From the NCBI GenBank assembly GCA_016703545.1, contig JADJBX010000001.1:643186-707185 (forward strand): a stretch of DNA of 64,000 bases, written 5' to 3'. Both the position numbers and the translations under genes were made by a program. The notes beneath the pieces are model-generated. The model was not told where the DNA came from. It did no database searches and worked only from the letters and a program-made list of their open reading frames with translations. Numbering within the stretch: the stretch's first letter is position 1; each line of letters opens with the position of its first letter. This stretch comes from Candidatus Amarobacillus elongatus. GTDB taxonomy: Bacteria > Chloroflexota > Dehalococcoidia > Tepidiformales > Tepidiformaceae. This document shows, in pieces, positions 18,421 through 27,241 of the stretch.

Positions 18421-19653
18421 ATGACCGAACCGTACTGGACGCCTGAACACCTTGAGGAGGTCGTGAGCGCGCGTGCGCGGATCCTCGGGCCCGCCGTGTG
18501 GGCGGCCGCCGCGCCGGACCGCGGTCCCGTCATTTCCTTCGCCGGCGGGCTGCCGGACATCCCGTCGCTCCCGGGTGATCTGCTCCTTCGCGCGACGAAG
18601 TGGGTCGTGGAAAACGACGAGAAGGAAGCGCTGGAGTACAACGGCACGTTCGGGCCGCGGCCCCTGCGGGAGGCGATCGCGGAGCGCTCCTCGAAGATCG
18701 AAGGCATTCCCGTCTCGGTGGACCAGGTGATGATCGTGTCCGGGTCGGCGCACGGCATCGGGATCATGTGCGAGACGCTGTTGGACCCGGGCGACACGGT
18801 GCTCGTGGAGAGCCCGAACTTCCCCGGGAGCATGCGCACAATCAAGAGCTTCGGCGCCACGCAGGTCCCCATTCCCATGGACGAGATGGGGATGCGCGTG
18901 GACGTGCTGGAGGAGGAGCTGAAGAAGCTGGCGGCGGAGGGCAAACGGGCGAAGTTCCTCTATTGCATTCCGACGCACCAGAATCCGGCCGGGTGCACGC
19001 TGCCGATGGACCGGCGCGAACGGATTGTGGAGCTGGCGCGCGAATACAACACGTTCGTGCTCGAGGACGATGCCTACGGGGAGCTGTGGTTCGACCGCAC
19101 GCCCCCGACGTCGCTGTTCGCCCTGAGCGGCGGCGACCACGCGGTGAAGATTTCGAGCTTTTCGAAGATCCTGGCGACGGGGTTGCGGCTGGGCTGGACG
19201 ATGGGGCCGGCGTCGCTGACGGCGCGCATGGCCGCGCTGCGATACGACATGGGGTCGAGCGCGTTCCTTGGCCGCGTCGTCGCCCGGGCGATGCGCAGTG
19301 GGGAGCTCGACGCGCACATCACGGACCTGCGGAACATCTACCGGCGCAAGCTGGAGCGCGTCGAGGACGGCCTCCAGCGGTACTGCTCCGACTACTGCAC
19401 GTACACGCGGCCGGACGGGGGATTCTTCCTCTGGTTGATGCTCCGGCCCGGGATGAGTTCGCGCGATGTGCAGATGGCGGCGAACGCGCGCGGCGTGATG
19501 GTGGGGCAGGGGCCACAGTTCTTCGCCGACGGCGTGGCGACGAACCACCTGCGGCTGGCGTTCAGCTATGTGGCGATGGAGGACATCGAAGAGGGGCTGC
19601 ACCGGCTGGGCGAGGCGATGGCGGAGGTCGCGGCGAACAGCGGAGCGAAGTAG
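18421..19653 (+). CDS. PLP-dependent aminotransferase, class I/II fold (2-aminoadipate/aromatic aminotransferase-like)
   Basis: 410 aa. Contains ...YCIPTHQNPAGCTL...FVLEDDAYGELWF...KISSFSKILATGLRLGW (PLP-lysine SxSK context). RBS is GGAGG. A TATACT -10-like hexamer lies at 18388-18393. Confidence 0.85.
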   Translation: MTEPYWTPEHLEEVVSARARILGPAVWAAAAPDRGPVISFAGGLPDIPSLPGDLLLRATKWVVENDEKEALEYNGTFGPRPLREAIAERSSKIEGIPVSVDQVMIVSGSAHGIGIMCETLLDPGDTVLVESPNFPGSMRTIKSFGATQVPIPMDEMGMRVDVLEEELKKLAAEGKRAKFLYCIPTHQNPAGCTLPMDRRERIVELAREYNTFVLEDDAYGELWFDRTPPTSLFALSGGDHAVKISSFSKILATGLRLGWTMGPASLTARMAALRYDMGSSAFLGRVVARAMRSGELDAHITDLRNIYRRKLERVEDGLQRYCSDYCTYTRPDGGFFLWLMLRPGMSSRDVQMAANARGVMVGQGPQFFADGVATNHLRLAFSYVAMEDIEEGLHRLGEAMAEVAANSGAK

Positions 19654-19729
19654 GACGCCGCGCGTTCGCGCGTCCGGTTCGTCGCTTCACGGGTGCTTGC
19701 GTATACTTCGCTCCCTCAGGGGGATTGCC

Positions 19730-20014
19730 GTGCTGTTTTCCGTTCGCCTTGTGTCTCGCCAGCCCGCCGAGATGGCGGCCGAGGCATGGCAGGGCATCGT
19801 CGCGGACCAGCTGCGCGCGGTGAAGGCGCAGTACGACCAGGGCAAGATCCGCGCGATCTACCGGGAAACGGGCGTGGGCGTCCTCGCGATTTATGACGTG
19901 GCGGACGCGCGCGAGATGGATCAGCTGCTCGCGGGCCTGCCGATGTCGCGCTTCTTCGTGGATACGACGGTGCACCCGGTCTGGGACATGGCCCCGACCC
20001 TCCAGGGGCTGTAG
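19730..20014 (+). CDS. Muconolactone delta-isomerase-like small protein (94 aa)
   Basis: GTG 19730 follows AGGGGGA with a 5-nt spacer. (M)LFSVRLVSRQP...IYRETGVGVLAIYDVADAREMDQLLAGLPM has the length and pattern of the MIase family. Confidence 0.6.
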   Translation: MLFSVRLVSRQPAEMAAEAWQGIVADQLRAVKAQYDQGKIRAIYRETGVGVLAIYDVADAREMDQLLAGLPMSRFFVDTTVHPVWDMAPTLQGL

Positions 20015-20018
20015 CGCG

Positions 20019-20513
20019 ATGACGCACGTCAGCCCCGAGGACTTCCGGGGGGCGCTGGGATCGTGGGCGGCGGGCGTGGCGGTGGTGACGACGCGCCACG
20101 AGGACCTCGTCTACGGCATCACCGTTTCGAGCTTCGCGTCGCTTTCGGTGGACCCGCTGCTGGTGCTGGTGTGCCTCGCGAACACGAACCGCATCCCCGG
20201 GATGATCCGGGATTCCGGCCGGTTCGCGATCAGCATGCTCGCGGACGACCAGGAGGATGTCTCGCGGTATTTCGCGAGCTCCGGGCGGGAGCCGGCGCTG
20301 GATTTCGAGGGCGAATTCGGGACGATCGAGTGGCACACGGGGAGCCCGATCATCGATGGCGCGATTGCCCACCTCGATTGCGAACTGCATGAACTGCTAC
20401 CCGGCGGCGACCATACGATCGCGGTCGGGAGGGTGCTCGGAGCGGCGTTCGACGCGGGCAGGAAGCCACTCGTCTATTTTCGGCGGGGTTACCGCCAGGT
20501 CGTGTTGGAGTAA
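20019..20513 (+). CDS. Flavin reductase family protein (HpaC-like, FMN-binding split barrel)
   Basis: MTHVSPEDFRGALGSWAAGVAVVTT...YGITVSSFASLSVDPLLVLVCL...GDHTIAVGRV is typical of the flavin reductase domain. Confidence 0.82.
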   Translation: MTHVSPEDFRGALGSWAAGVAVVTTRHEDLVYGITVSSFASLSVDPLLVLVCLANTNRIPGMIRDSGRFAISMLADDQEDVSRYFASSGREPALDFEGEFGTIEWHTGSPIIDGAIAHLDCELHELLPGGDHTIAVGRVLGAAFDAGRKPLVYFRRGYRQVVLE

Positions 20514-20518
20514 GCGCG

Positions 20519-20830
20519 ATGGCCGTGAAGGTACTGATCGAACGGAGAGTCCTGCCGGGGCAGGAGCGAAGGGCGCTGGAGCTGCTGCGCACGCTGCGGG
20601 CCCAATGTCTGCAGGAACCGGGCTATATCAGCGGGGAGACGCTGCGGGACAGCGAGGACGCGCACAACATCATCGTCATCAGCAGCTGGTTCGGACTGAT
20701 GGATTGGCGGCGATGGCACGCATCGGCCGAGCGCAAGGCCATTGAGACCCAAATTCGGCAGCTATTGGTCGCTCCCGAGCGGGTGCGGGTACTGCTTGAA
20801 GGGTTGAGCGAGAGCCACTCCGGGGCGTAG
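20519..20830 (+). CDS. Antibiotic biosynthesis monooxygenase (ABM) family protein
   Basis: 103 aa. Contains VKVLIERRVLPGQE...EPGYISGETLRD...IIVISSWFGLMDWRRW (ABM/Dabb pattern). Confidence 0.7.
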   Translation: MAVKVLIERRVLPGQERRALELLRTLRAQCLQEPGYISGETLRDSEDAHNIIVISSWFGLMDWRRWHASAERKAIETQIRQLLVAPERVRVLLEGLSESHSGA

Positions 20831-20885
20831 CGGGCCCGGTTTTGCGCGTGCGCGAACGTGCGGGGTAGTATCCCCTGCGGAGGTT

Positions 20886-21683
20886 GTGGCTGTGTCTCCT
20901 GCGCTTGCCTTCCTTGGTGTGTCGATCCTCGGCACCTGGGGTCTTGCTTCGATTGCCCTCATCGCTGGCGGCATCATCATGCTGTTCTTCCCAGGCGATG
21001 CCCAGGTCGACGGCGACAACGTGCTCGGCGGCCTTGTGCTGCTGATCGCGGGTCTCGGTTCCATGGGCGCGATGGTCCAGGTGACCATGGGCCCGCTGCT
21101 TGGGATGGATCCGCCGCTGCCCGTCCCCGCGAAGAAGAACGTGCCGGCATCGCGCCTCACCCGCTGGGTGAAGGCCGGCCTCCTGCGGGACTTCCCGGAC
21201 GGCACGCCGAAGGAGATCCGCCTGCGCAGCAAGCGGGTCCTCGTCATCCGCCAGGGCGATACCGCCTCGGCGATGAGCGCCCTCTGTTCGCACGCGCGCC
21301 TGCCGATGGCGGGGCTGCCGGGTTCGCCCGTGAAGCCGATCGCCGTCCGGGACGGCTGTGTGACCTGCCCGTTCCACGGAGCGATGTTCGAGGCGGAGAG
21401 CGGGCGCGTGGTGCGCAAGCCGTTCGATAGCGCCTGGAACAACGCCCACCCGTTCCTCGGACGGTTGCAGGCGCCGCTGTTCAAGCTGCTTTCCGCGCCA
21501 CCCGCGCCGAAGTACCTGAAGCCTTCGATGGACGCGGAGACGATGCAGACCTACCCGGTGCGCATCGAAAACGGGGAGATCGAGGTCGGGCTGCCGGCCG
21601 GCCAGGGCGGGCTGCGACACGGCCGAACCCCAGCCCGGGGCGTACCCGCGGCACGCCGTCGCAACCCCCCGCTGCCTGCCTGA
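20886..21683 (+). CDS. Membrane-anchored Rieske [2Fe-2S] domain protein
   Basis: Two N-terminal TM helices, then the Rieske ligand motifs CSHARLPM ... CPFHGAMF. Start is GTG 20886, or GTG 20892 downstream of GGAGG. Confidence 0.7.
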   Translation: MAVSPALAFLGVSILGTWGLASIALIAGGIIMLFFPGDAQVDGDNVLGGLVLLIAGLGSMGAMVQVTMGPLLGMDPPLPVPAKKNVPASRLTRWVKAGLLRDFPDGTPKEIRLRSKRVLVIRQGDTASAMSALCSHARLPMAGLPGSPVKPIAVRDGCVTCPFHGAMFEAESGRVVRKPFDSAWNNAHPFLGRLQAPLFKLLSAPPAPKYLKPSMDAETMQTYPVRIENGEIEVGLPAGQGGLRHGRTPARGVPAARRRNPPLPA

Positions 21684-21770
21684 TGCCCGCCCTCAATAAG
21701 TCGGCGCCGGGTCCACCAACGCGGCTGCCTCGCGCGGACGAAGGTCCCGGGAGGGCGCGGGGCGGCCCGC

Positions 21771-21787
21771 CGGGGGGGGGGCCCCCC
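21771..21787. repeat. G10-C6 homopolymer pair within a G-run-rich intergenic segment
   Basis: cGGGGGGGGGGCCCCCCggg was read directly. It is flanked by further G-runs (GGGAGGG, GGGG, GGGGG, GGGGG) between 21750 and 21808. Confidence 0.9.
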
Positions 21788-21843
21788 GGGACGCCGGGGG
21801 CGGGGGCGTGCTATAGTCCCCGGGCAATTCAGGGAGGCGACTG

Positions 21844-22305
21844 GTGGAAGAAGAACAGAGCCTGTTGACGGACGAACACCGCGCGATGATCGGCGTCCCC
21901 GGCGAGCCGGCGACGGTGGTCGTGCGGGAAGAGGATGCGCGCCGCATGCGCGATGTGCTGGGGGATACGGACCCGCGCTGGGCCGATGGCACGGGCATGG
22001 CGCCGCCGTACGTGATCGCCCACTTTGGTGGCCGCGGCAATCGCGGCGGCCCGACGATCCTCCCCGGGGGCATCCTCACGCAGCAGGAATGGAAGTTCAC
22101 GCGGCCGTTCCGTATCGGCGAGGAACTGAAGAGCGTGGGGCAGGTGTTCGACATCCGCGAGCGGCTCGGCGGCCGTTACGGCCACAGCGTGCTCGTGACG
22201 ACGAGCACGGACTACTACGACGGCGATGGCAACCACGTGGGCGCTTCGCTGCTCACGGTGACGCAGTTCGACCCCGCGCGCGCGGGCAAGGGGGGCAGCG
22301 AATGA
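21844..22305 (+). CDS. FAS1-like / MaoC N-terminal-type dehydratase subunit (HadA-like)
   Basis: GTG 21844 lies 6 nt after GGGAGG. 153 aa. The stop overlaps the next gene start (ATGA), so the two are paired. Confidence 0.7.
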   Translation: MEEEQSLLTDEHRAMIGVPGEPATVVVREEDARRMRDVLGDTDPRWADGTGMAPPYVIAHFGGRGNRGGPTILPGGILTQQEWKFTRPFRIGEELKSVGQVFDIRERLGGRYGHSVLVTTSTDYYDGDGNHVGASLLTVTQFDPARAGKGGSE

Positions 22306-22724
22306 GCCGCTACTTCGAGGACGTGCAGGTCGACGAAGAGCTGGAACCGGTGGAGAAGCTGCCGACGGAGGACCTGGCCATCGACTTCTTCGGGCGTGGC
22401 AACCCCACGAACCCGGCGTTCGCCGATGCGGAAGCGGGGCGGCGCATGGGCATCGGCGGGGCGCTCGTGCCGGGCGCGCTGAAGATGTCGTGGATGACGC
22501 AGTACGTGAGCGACTGGGCGGGGCCGGAGGCGCAGATCGCGAGCATTCGCGTGGCGTTCCGGCGGCCGGACGTCGCGGGCCGGCCGCTGATCCTGATGGG
22601 CCGGGTGGTAGATAAGCGCCAGGACGGCGGCAAGAACATCGTGGAACTGGAAGTGGTGACGGTGGCGGAAGGCCAGCCCAGCGTGCGCGGGAACGTGGCC
22701 GTGGAGCTGCCCGCGCGAGGGTAA
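22302..22724 (+). CDS. MaoC-like (R)-specific hydratase/dehydratase subunit (HadB/C-like)
   Basis: MSRYFEDVQVDEELEPVEK... is a 140-aa hot-dog fold pattern. It is translationally coupled to the preceding subunit. Confidence 0.72.
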   Translation: MSRYFEDVQVDEELEPVEKLPTEDLAIDFFGRGNPTNPAFADAEAGRRMGIGGALVPGALKMSWMTQYVSDWAGPEAQIASIRVAFRRPDVAGRPLILMGRVVDKRQDGGKNIVELEVVTVAEGQPSVRGNVAVELPARG

Positions 22725-22741
22725 TTCCGCGGGCGAAAGCG

Positions 22742-22764
22742 GGGCCGCCGCGAGCCGGCGGCCC
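22742..22764 (+). terminator. Hairpin after the dehydratase pair
   Basis: GGGCCGCCG-cgagc-CGGCGGCCC (9-bp perfect stem) followed by GTTGG. It lies 18 nt after the stop. Confidence 0.5.
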
Positions 22765-22882
22765 GTTGGCATGAAGGCGAAATTCTCCACTCCGCTGCTG
22801 TAGCGCGAGTCCGGCGGCCGGGCAGGCACGATGTGTTTGCCAGCGGGCGGCCCCCAACGCGCCCCGGCGGAGGAGTGCGAGG

Positions 22883-23479
22883 ATGACCTTCCTACTGGAA
22901 TGGCCCGGGGGTTCGTGGCAGGACACGCTCCGCCTCACGGGGCTGGTGATCGGCCTGTACTGGGCGGCGCTGTGGCTCGCGGTGACGTTCTGGGCCGCGC
23001 GCGATGCGCGTATCCGCAGCGGCAGCTGGACGTTCAGCATGGCCGCGGTGTTGCTCGTCGGGCTCGGATCGCTGCCCGGCCTGGCGGTCTACATGCTCGT
23101 CCGGCCTCGTTCGACGCAGCGCCAGCGGTACCTGCGAACGCTGCAGGAAGAAGCGCTCCAGCGGCTGCTTTCGGACGAAGAACACTGCCCGGCATGCAAG
23201 CGGGTGGTGCGCGCGGAATACCTGGTCTGCCCGGCGTGCCTGATGCAGCTCAAGCGGAGCTGCCACGCGTGCAGCAAGCCGCTCTCCGAGGATTGGCAGG
23301 TGTGCCCGTTCTGCATGGTGCCGGCGAACGAGACAGCGCGGCCCCTGGGCGGGCGGCGCGCGGCCGCGGCACGGCGGGCGGTCCCGGCGGCGGCCATCAC
23401 GGTTACGCCCGCTCCCGCGGCGCCCACGCCTGCCCCGGCGGCGGCGGTCTCCCAGGCGCCGAGCACGCTCGCGAGTTAG
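22883..23479 (+). CDS. Membrane protein with C-terminal double zinc ribbon
   Basis: The two-TM N-terminus resembles the PLD-nuclease N-terminal membrane module (GLYWAALWLAVTFWAARDARIR...). Then CPACKR...CPACLMQL..CHACSKPL...CPFC (four CxxC pairs), then an Ala/Pro-rich tail. Confidence 0.7.
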   Translation: MTFLLEWPGGSWQDTLRLTGLVIGLYWAALWLAVTFWAARDARIRSGSWTFSMAAVLLVGLGSLPGLAVYMLVRPRSTQRQRYLRTLQEEALQRLLSDEEHCPACKRVVRAEYLVCPACLMQLKRSCHACSKPLSEDWQVCPFCMVPANETARPLGGRRAAAARRAVPAAAITVTPAPAAPTPAPAAAVSQAPSTLAS

Positions 23480-23520
23480 CAGCCCGGGCGCAATCCCCGG
23501 CTTCGCATCAACCAACCGGT

Positions 23521-23549
23521 GCGGCGCCCTCCCTCTTGGAGGGCGCCGC
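23521..23549 (+). terminator. Hairpin between the zinc-ribbon membrane protein gene and the 71-aa Cys-rich ORF
   Basis: GCGGCGCCCTCC-ctctt-GGAGGGCGCCGC, a perfect 12-bp stem. Confidence 0.5.
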
Positions 23550-23584
23550 GACGACAACACCGCAACGAGGCAAGGAGGCAGGTC

Positions 23585-23800
23585 ATGGCTCTCTTCGCGA
23601 TTCGATCACGGCGCGTGACGCCGGCCGCCTTCGTGTCGCTGGTGTGTTCCTGGTGCAAGTGCGAAGTGGAGGAACTGGGACCGCCCGGCACGTTCACAAT
23701 GTGCGCGCAGTGCCTGGGCTGGCTCGATGACTCCGGCACGCTCGCTCCACGAGAGGCGGAGGAGGTTACAGCCGCGGAAGCTCGTCCATGTACTCCGTGA
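23585..23800 (+). CDS. Small Cys-rich (zinc-ribbon-like) hypothetical protein, 71 aa
   Basis: ATG 23585 lies 6 nt after AGGAGG. It contains CSWCKC...18 aa...CAQC. GC3 is high up to about codon 55. The 3' end overlaps the convergent gene by 35 nt. Confidence 0.5.
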   Translation: MALFAIRSRRVTPAAFVSLVCSWCKCEVEELGPPGTFTMCAQCLGWLDDSGTLAPREAEEVTAAEARPCTP

Positions 23801-24113
23801 CGTCGAAGTCCGGCATCTCGTGGTCGAGCCGGAAGAGCGTGGCGGGGCCTTCGAACGAGACCTGCCACGCGAACTGGTGCCCGGATTCGCACCAGAATTC
23901 GACGCGAATGACGGTTCCCACGCGGTCGGCTTCTGACTCGGGGCGGGTGGCAAAGCCGACGCCATCGGGGGCGACTTCGACGACGTCGCCCATGCGGTCC
24001 ACCTCGACCCTGCGCGGGTGCACCCAGGTGGATTCGCGGCGCTGAACCGGGCAACGCGGGCAGGCAACGGCCAGGGAGGTCGAAAGGCTCGCGACGAGAC
24101 GGTCTGCAGGCAC
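23766..24113 (-). CDS. Hypothetical protein (115 aa) with CPRC / WCESGH motifs
   Basis: High GC3 throughout. GTG start at 24113 with TATAGT 8 nt upstream and no SD, so it is a leaderless candidate. No family recognised. Confidence 0.55.
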   Translation of the reverse strand: MPADRLVASLSTSLAVACPRCPVQRRESTWVHPRRVEVDRMGDVVEVAPDGVGFATRPESEADRVGTVIRVEFWCESGHQFAWQVSFEGPATLFRLDHEMPDFDVTEYMDELPRL

Positions 24114-24161
24114 GTTCGCAACTATAGGCCCGGCATACCGCTGCGTCTTCCAGCGTATGGC

Positions 24162-24198
24162 AGACTCCCGCGCGCACTAGTCGTACGCGCGGGAGTCT
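24162..24198 (-). terminator. Strong hairpin after the 43-aa membrane peptide gene
   Basis: AGACTCCCGCGCG-11 nt-CGCGCGGGAGTCT, a perfect 13-bp stem. It lies 28 nt beyond the stop at 24226. Confidence 0.55.
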
Positions 24199-24225
24199 GG
24201 TTGTGGCGCGAGGAATGGGCGCCGG

Positions 24226-24357
24226 TTAGAGGAGCCAGACCAGCAGCAGAACGATGACGATGACGGCGAGCAGGCTGCCGCCGCCGTAGGCGTAGGCGTG
24301 GCCCTCTTCGCCGCTCGTGAGCTCCTCGATGCGTTCGCGTGCGGTCTCCCTATCCAT
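24226..24357 (-). CDS. Small tail-anchored membrane peptide (43 aa)
   Basis: ATG 24357 lies 7 nt after GGGAGG. Sequence MDRETARERIEELTSGEEGHAYAYGGGSLLAVIVIVLLLVWLL has a charged N-half and a single C-terminal TM helix. Confidence 0.5.
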   Translation of the reverse strand: MDRETARERIEELTSGEEGHAYAYGGGSLLAVIVIVLLLVWLL

Positions 24358-24546
24358 GAACGAACCTCCCTTGGTGGTACGCCCATGGTGCGAAATCAGG
24401 CGATGCTCGCGCGTTTGCGATCGCGGCCCTCGGATTACGCGCCAATGACAGTTCCCGCTGGCCACGCTGCCGAAAGGTCCGGGGCGCTCGCTGTTGCGCT
24501 CGCGGGGCACCCGCGCCCATAGGGTGGGCGGGCGGAGGGAAGCTGC

Positions 24547-26124
24547 ATGGCAGGGCGACGTTCGACCCGGGTGCGCGAAATCGCACGAGAAGTGCTTGGA
24601 TACGACCGGCTGCGGCCGGGCCAGGAGGAGGCGATTCGCGCCGTGCTGGGCGGGCGCGACACGCTTGCCGTGCTCTCGACCGGGTCCGGGAAGTCCGCCA
24701 TCTACCAGCTCGCCGGCGTGCAAATCGAGGGCCCGACGGTCGTCGTGTCGCCGCTCATTGCGCTGCAGCAGGACCAGGTACGCGCGATCGAGGAACAGGA
24801 GCTTGGCGGCGCCGTGGCCCTCAACGCCTCCATGAGTGACGGGCAGCGCGAAGCTGCGTTCGCGGCCATCGAAGCCGGGCACGCCGAGTTCGTGTTCCTG
24901 GCGCCGGAGCAGCTGGCGAAGCCCGACGTGGTGGCGCGGCTGGCGGCGGCGGGCCCCTCGCTCTTCGTGGTGGACGAGGCGCATTGCATCAGCCAGTGGG
25001 GCCACGACTTCCGGCCGGACTACCTGGGGCTGGCGCGGGCGGCGGAGGACCTCGGGCGGCCCGTGATCCTCGCGCTCACGGCGACGGCGGCGCCACCGGT
25101 GCGGCAGGAGATCGCGGCGCGCCTGGGGATGGAGGACCCGGCGGTGGTTGTGCGGGATTTCGATCGGCCGAACATCGCGCTGGACGTGCGGAACGTCGCG
25201 GATGACGACGCGAAGCTCACGGCCCTCCTCGACGCGCGGCCCGGCGGCGAGGGTGCGGCAATCGTGTACGTGGCCACGCGGCGCGCGGCCGAGTCCGTCG
25301 CCGCCGCGCTCACGGGTGCGGGGCTGCCGGCCGCGGCGTACCACGCGGGCATGGCCGCGGGCGAACGGACGCGCGTACAGGAAGGGTTCATGGCGGGCGA
25401 ACCGCCGTGCGTGGTCGCGACGATCGCCTTCGGCATGGGCATCGATAAGCCGGACGTGCGGCTCGTCGCGCATTACGACATCAGCGATTCGCTGGACGCG
25501 TACTTCCAGGAGATCGGCCGGGCCGGGCGCGACGGCGAAGCGGCGCGGGCGCTGCTGCTCTACCGGCCGGAGGATCTCGCGTTGCGGCGGTTCTTCGGCG
25601 GCGAATCGGAGTTCGAACCCGAGGAGCTGGAGCAGGCCGCGGCGGAGGCGGGCGGCGAACGGGACACCGCGGCACTGGCCGAGCGGCTGGAGTGGCCGGA
25701 GGCACGCGTGAAGCGGGCCCTGGCGCTCCTGGGGGTCGCGGAGGAGGGCGAGGACACGGTGGCGGGCGCGCTGGAGGCACAGGAGCGGCGGCAGGGGTAC
25801 CTGCGGACGCGCATGGAGATGCTACGCGGGTACGCCGAGACGCGCGGATGCCGGCGGGAGTTCCTGCTGTCGTACTTCGGGGAGCCGTTCGCGGGGCCGT
25901 GCGACAACTGCGACAACTGCCGCGAGGGAACGCCAGCCGCGCTGGAGGTTTGCGAAGGACCGTTCGCGCCCGGCACGGCCGTCCAGCACGCGACGCTTGG
26001 GCGCGGCCAGGTGCTGCGCTACGAAGGGAACAGGGTCTCGGTGCTGTTCGAGGAGGCGGGGTACCGCACGCTCGACCTGGAGATCGTCATCGGCGAGGGG
26101 CTGCTCGTTGCCGCGGGGGAGTAA
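24547..26124 (+). CDS. recQ: RecQ-family ATP-dependent DNA helicase
   Basis: Contains LRPGQEEAI, TGSGKS, DEAHCISQWGHDFRPDY, LTATA, and the RecQ C-terminal zinc module (CRREFLLSYFGE...CDNCDNC). Confidence 0.9.
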   Translation: MAGRRSTRVREIAREVLGYDRLRPGQEEAIRAVLGGRDTLAVLSTGSGKSAIYQLAGVQIEGPTVVVSPLIALQQDQVRAIEEQELGGAVALNASMSDGQREAAFAAIEAGHAEFVFLAPEQLAKPDVVARLAAAGPSLFVVDEAHCISQWGHDFRPDYLGLARAAEDLGRPVILALTATAAPPVRQEIAARLGMEDPAVVVRDFDRPNIALDVRNVADDDAKLTALLDARPGGEGAAIVYVATRRAAESVAAALTGAGLPAAAYHAGMAAGERTRVQEGFMAGEPPCVVATIAFGMGIDKPDVRLVAHYDISDSLDAYFQEIGRAGRDGEAARALLLYRPEDLALRRFFGGESEFEPEELEQAAAEAGGERDTAALAERLEWPEARVKRALALLGVAEEGEDTVAGALEAQERRQGYLRTRMEMLRGYAETRGCRREFLLSYFGEPFAGPCDNCDNCREGTPAALEVCEGPFAPGTAVQHATLGRGQVLRYEGNRVSVLFEEAGYRTLDLEIVIGEGLLVAAGE

Positions 26125-27208
26125 CGCGAATGCCGGCGGCGCGGCGCGCGGCCGCGGCGGCCTCGGCCAGCTTCGCCACGGCGAGCTCGAGGGCAAGATC
26201 GTCGTCGACTTCGCCGAGCTTAGGGAGCCGGTCCGCTTCGACAAGGGTCTCGAACGCGGCAAGCAGACCGTCGTGGCCGAGCAGCTTCGCGCGGCGGATG
26301 GCGGCGTCGCGCAGGCCAGGCCACGGCATGTTCATGGCCTTGCCGATCTCCTCGGCGCTGACCCCCTGCTCGACAAGGTCGACGATGGGCACGAGGCGCC
26401 GGTAGGCGTTGATCAGCAGCCCGAGCAGGGCCTGCTCGCTCTCTCCCTTCGCAACGAGCGCGTCGAGCACGGAGAGCGCCTGCAGCAGCTGGCCATCGAG
26501 CACGGCGTCGGTGAGGGCGAAGACGGCGAATTCGCGTTCGCCGGAGCAGACCTCGTAGACGTCGTCAATCGTGGCGTCGCGGCCGAGAGTGTAGAGGGCG
26601 AGCTTGTCGAGTTCGTTCGCGATGGCGAGCGTCTCGCCGCCGGTGAGGACACCGATGAGGGCGATAGGATCCTCGGCCGTGGCACGGTCCCATTCGCCGC
26701 TGGCCGGGTGCGCCTGGCGGGGCGGGCCGGGGCGGAAGCGCAGGCCGCGCACGGCGGCCTCGTCGCGGATGTAGCGAATGAGGCGGTCGCCCTTGAGCTC
26801 GGCCTTCTCGGCGAGGGTCACGCCTGGCAGCTTCTTGAGGGCGGCGAGCAGCGCGTTCCCGGCGGCGAGGCGGGCGTCCTTGAACACGAGGATGGTTGTC
26901 GGTGGGAGGCCACGCTCGATGGCCGTCAGGAGCGGCGCGAGGGGTTCGAGGCTGCGGCCACCGCGGCGGCCCTCGCCCGGCGCGGACTCGAAGCGCGAGA
27001 GCAGATGGTCGACGACAACGAGACGCGCGGGCGAGAGGAACGGCGGGGAGAGGACGGCACCGGCGATCTCGGCGGGTTTGGCGTCGCGGCCATCGAAGAC
27101 GGTGAAGTTCGTGGCGAGCATGCCCGTGCCGCCGTCGGCCTTATCGCGCAGCTGCTGGAGCTCGCGGTCGATGGCGAGCTGATCCGCACCGTAGAGAACG
27201 ATGATCAC
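26087..27208 (-). CDS. holA: DNA polymerase III delta subunit
   Basis: (M)IIVLYGADQLAIDRELQQL...LVVVDHLL... 373 aa with the HolA N- and C-domain pattern. It overlaps the recQ 3' end convergently by 38 nt. Confidence 0.75.
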   Translation of the reverse strand: MIIVLYGADQLAIDRELQQLRDKADGGTGMLATNFTVFDGRDAKPAEIAGAVLSPPFLSPARLVVVDHLLSRFESAPGEGRRGGRSLEPLAPLLTAIERGLPPTTILVFKDARLAAGNALLAALKKLPGVTLAEKAELKGDRLIRYIRDEAAVRGLRFRPGPPRQAHPASGEWDRATAEDPIALIGVLTGGETLAIANELDKLALYTLGRDATIDDVYEVCSGEREFAVFALTDAVLDGQLLQALSVLDALVAKGESEQALLGLLINAYRRLVPIVDLVEQGVSAEEIGKAMNMPWPGLRDAAIRRAKLLGHDGLLAAFETLVEADRLPKLGEVDDDLALELAVAKLAEAAAAARRAAGIRVTPPRQRAAPRR

Positions 27209-27241
27209 CGGGCGAGTGTAGAGCGCGGCCGCAAAAACCGC

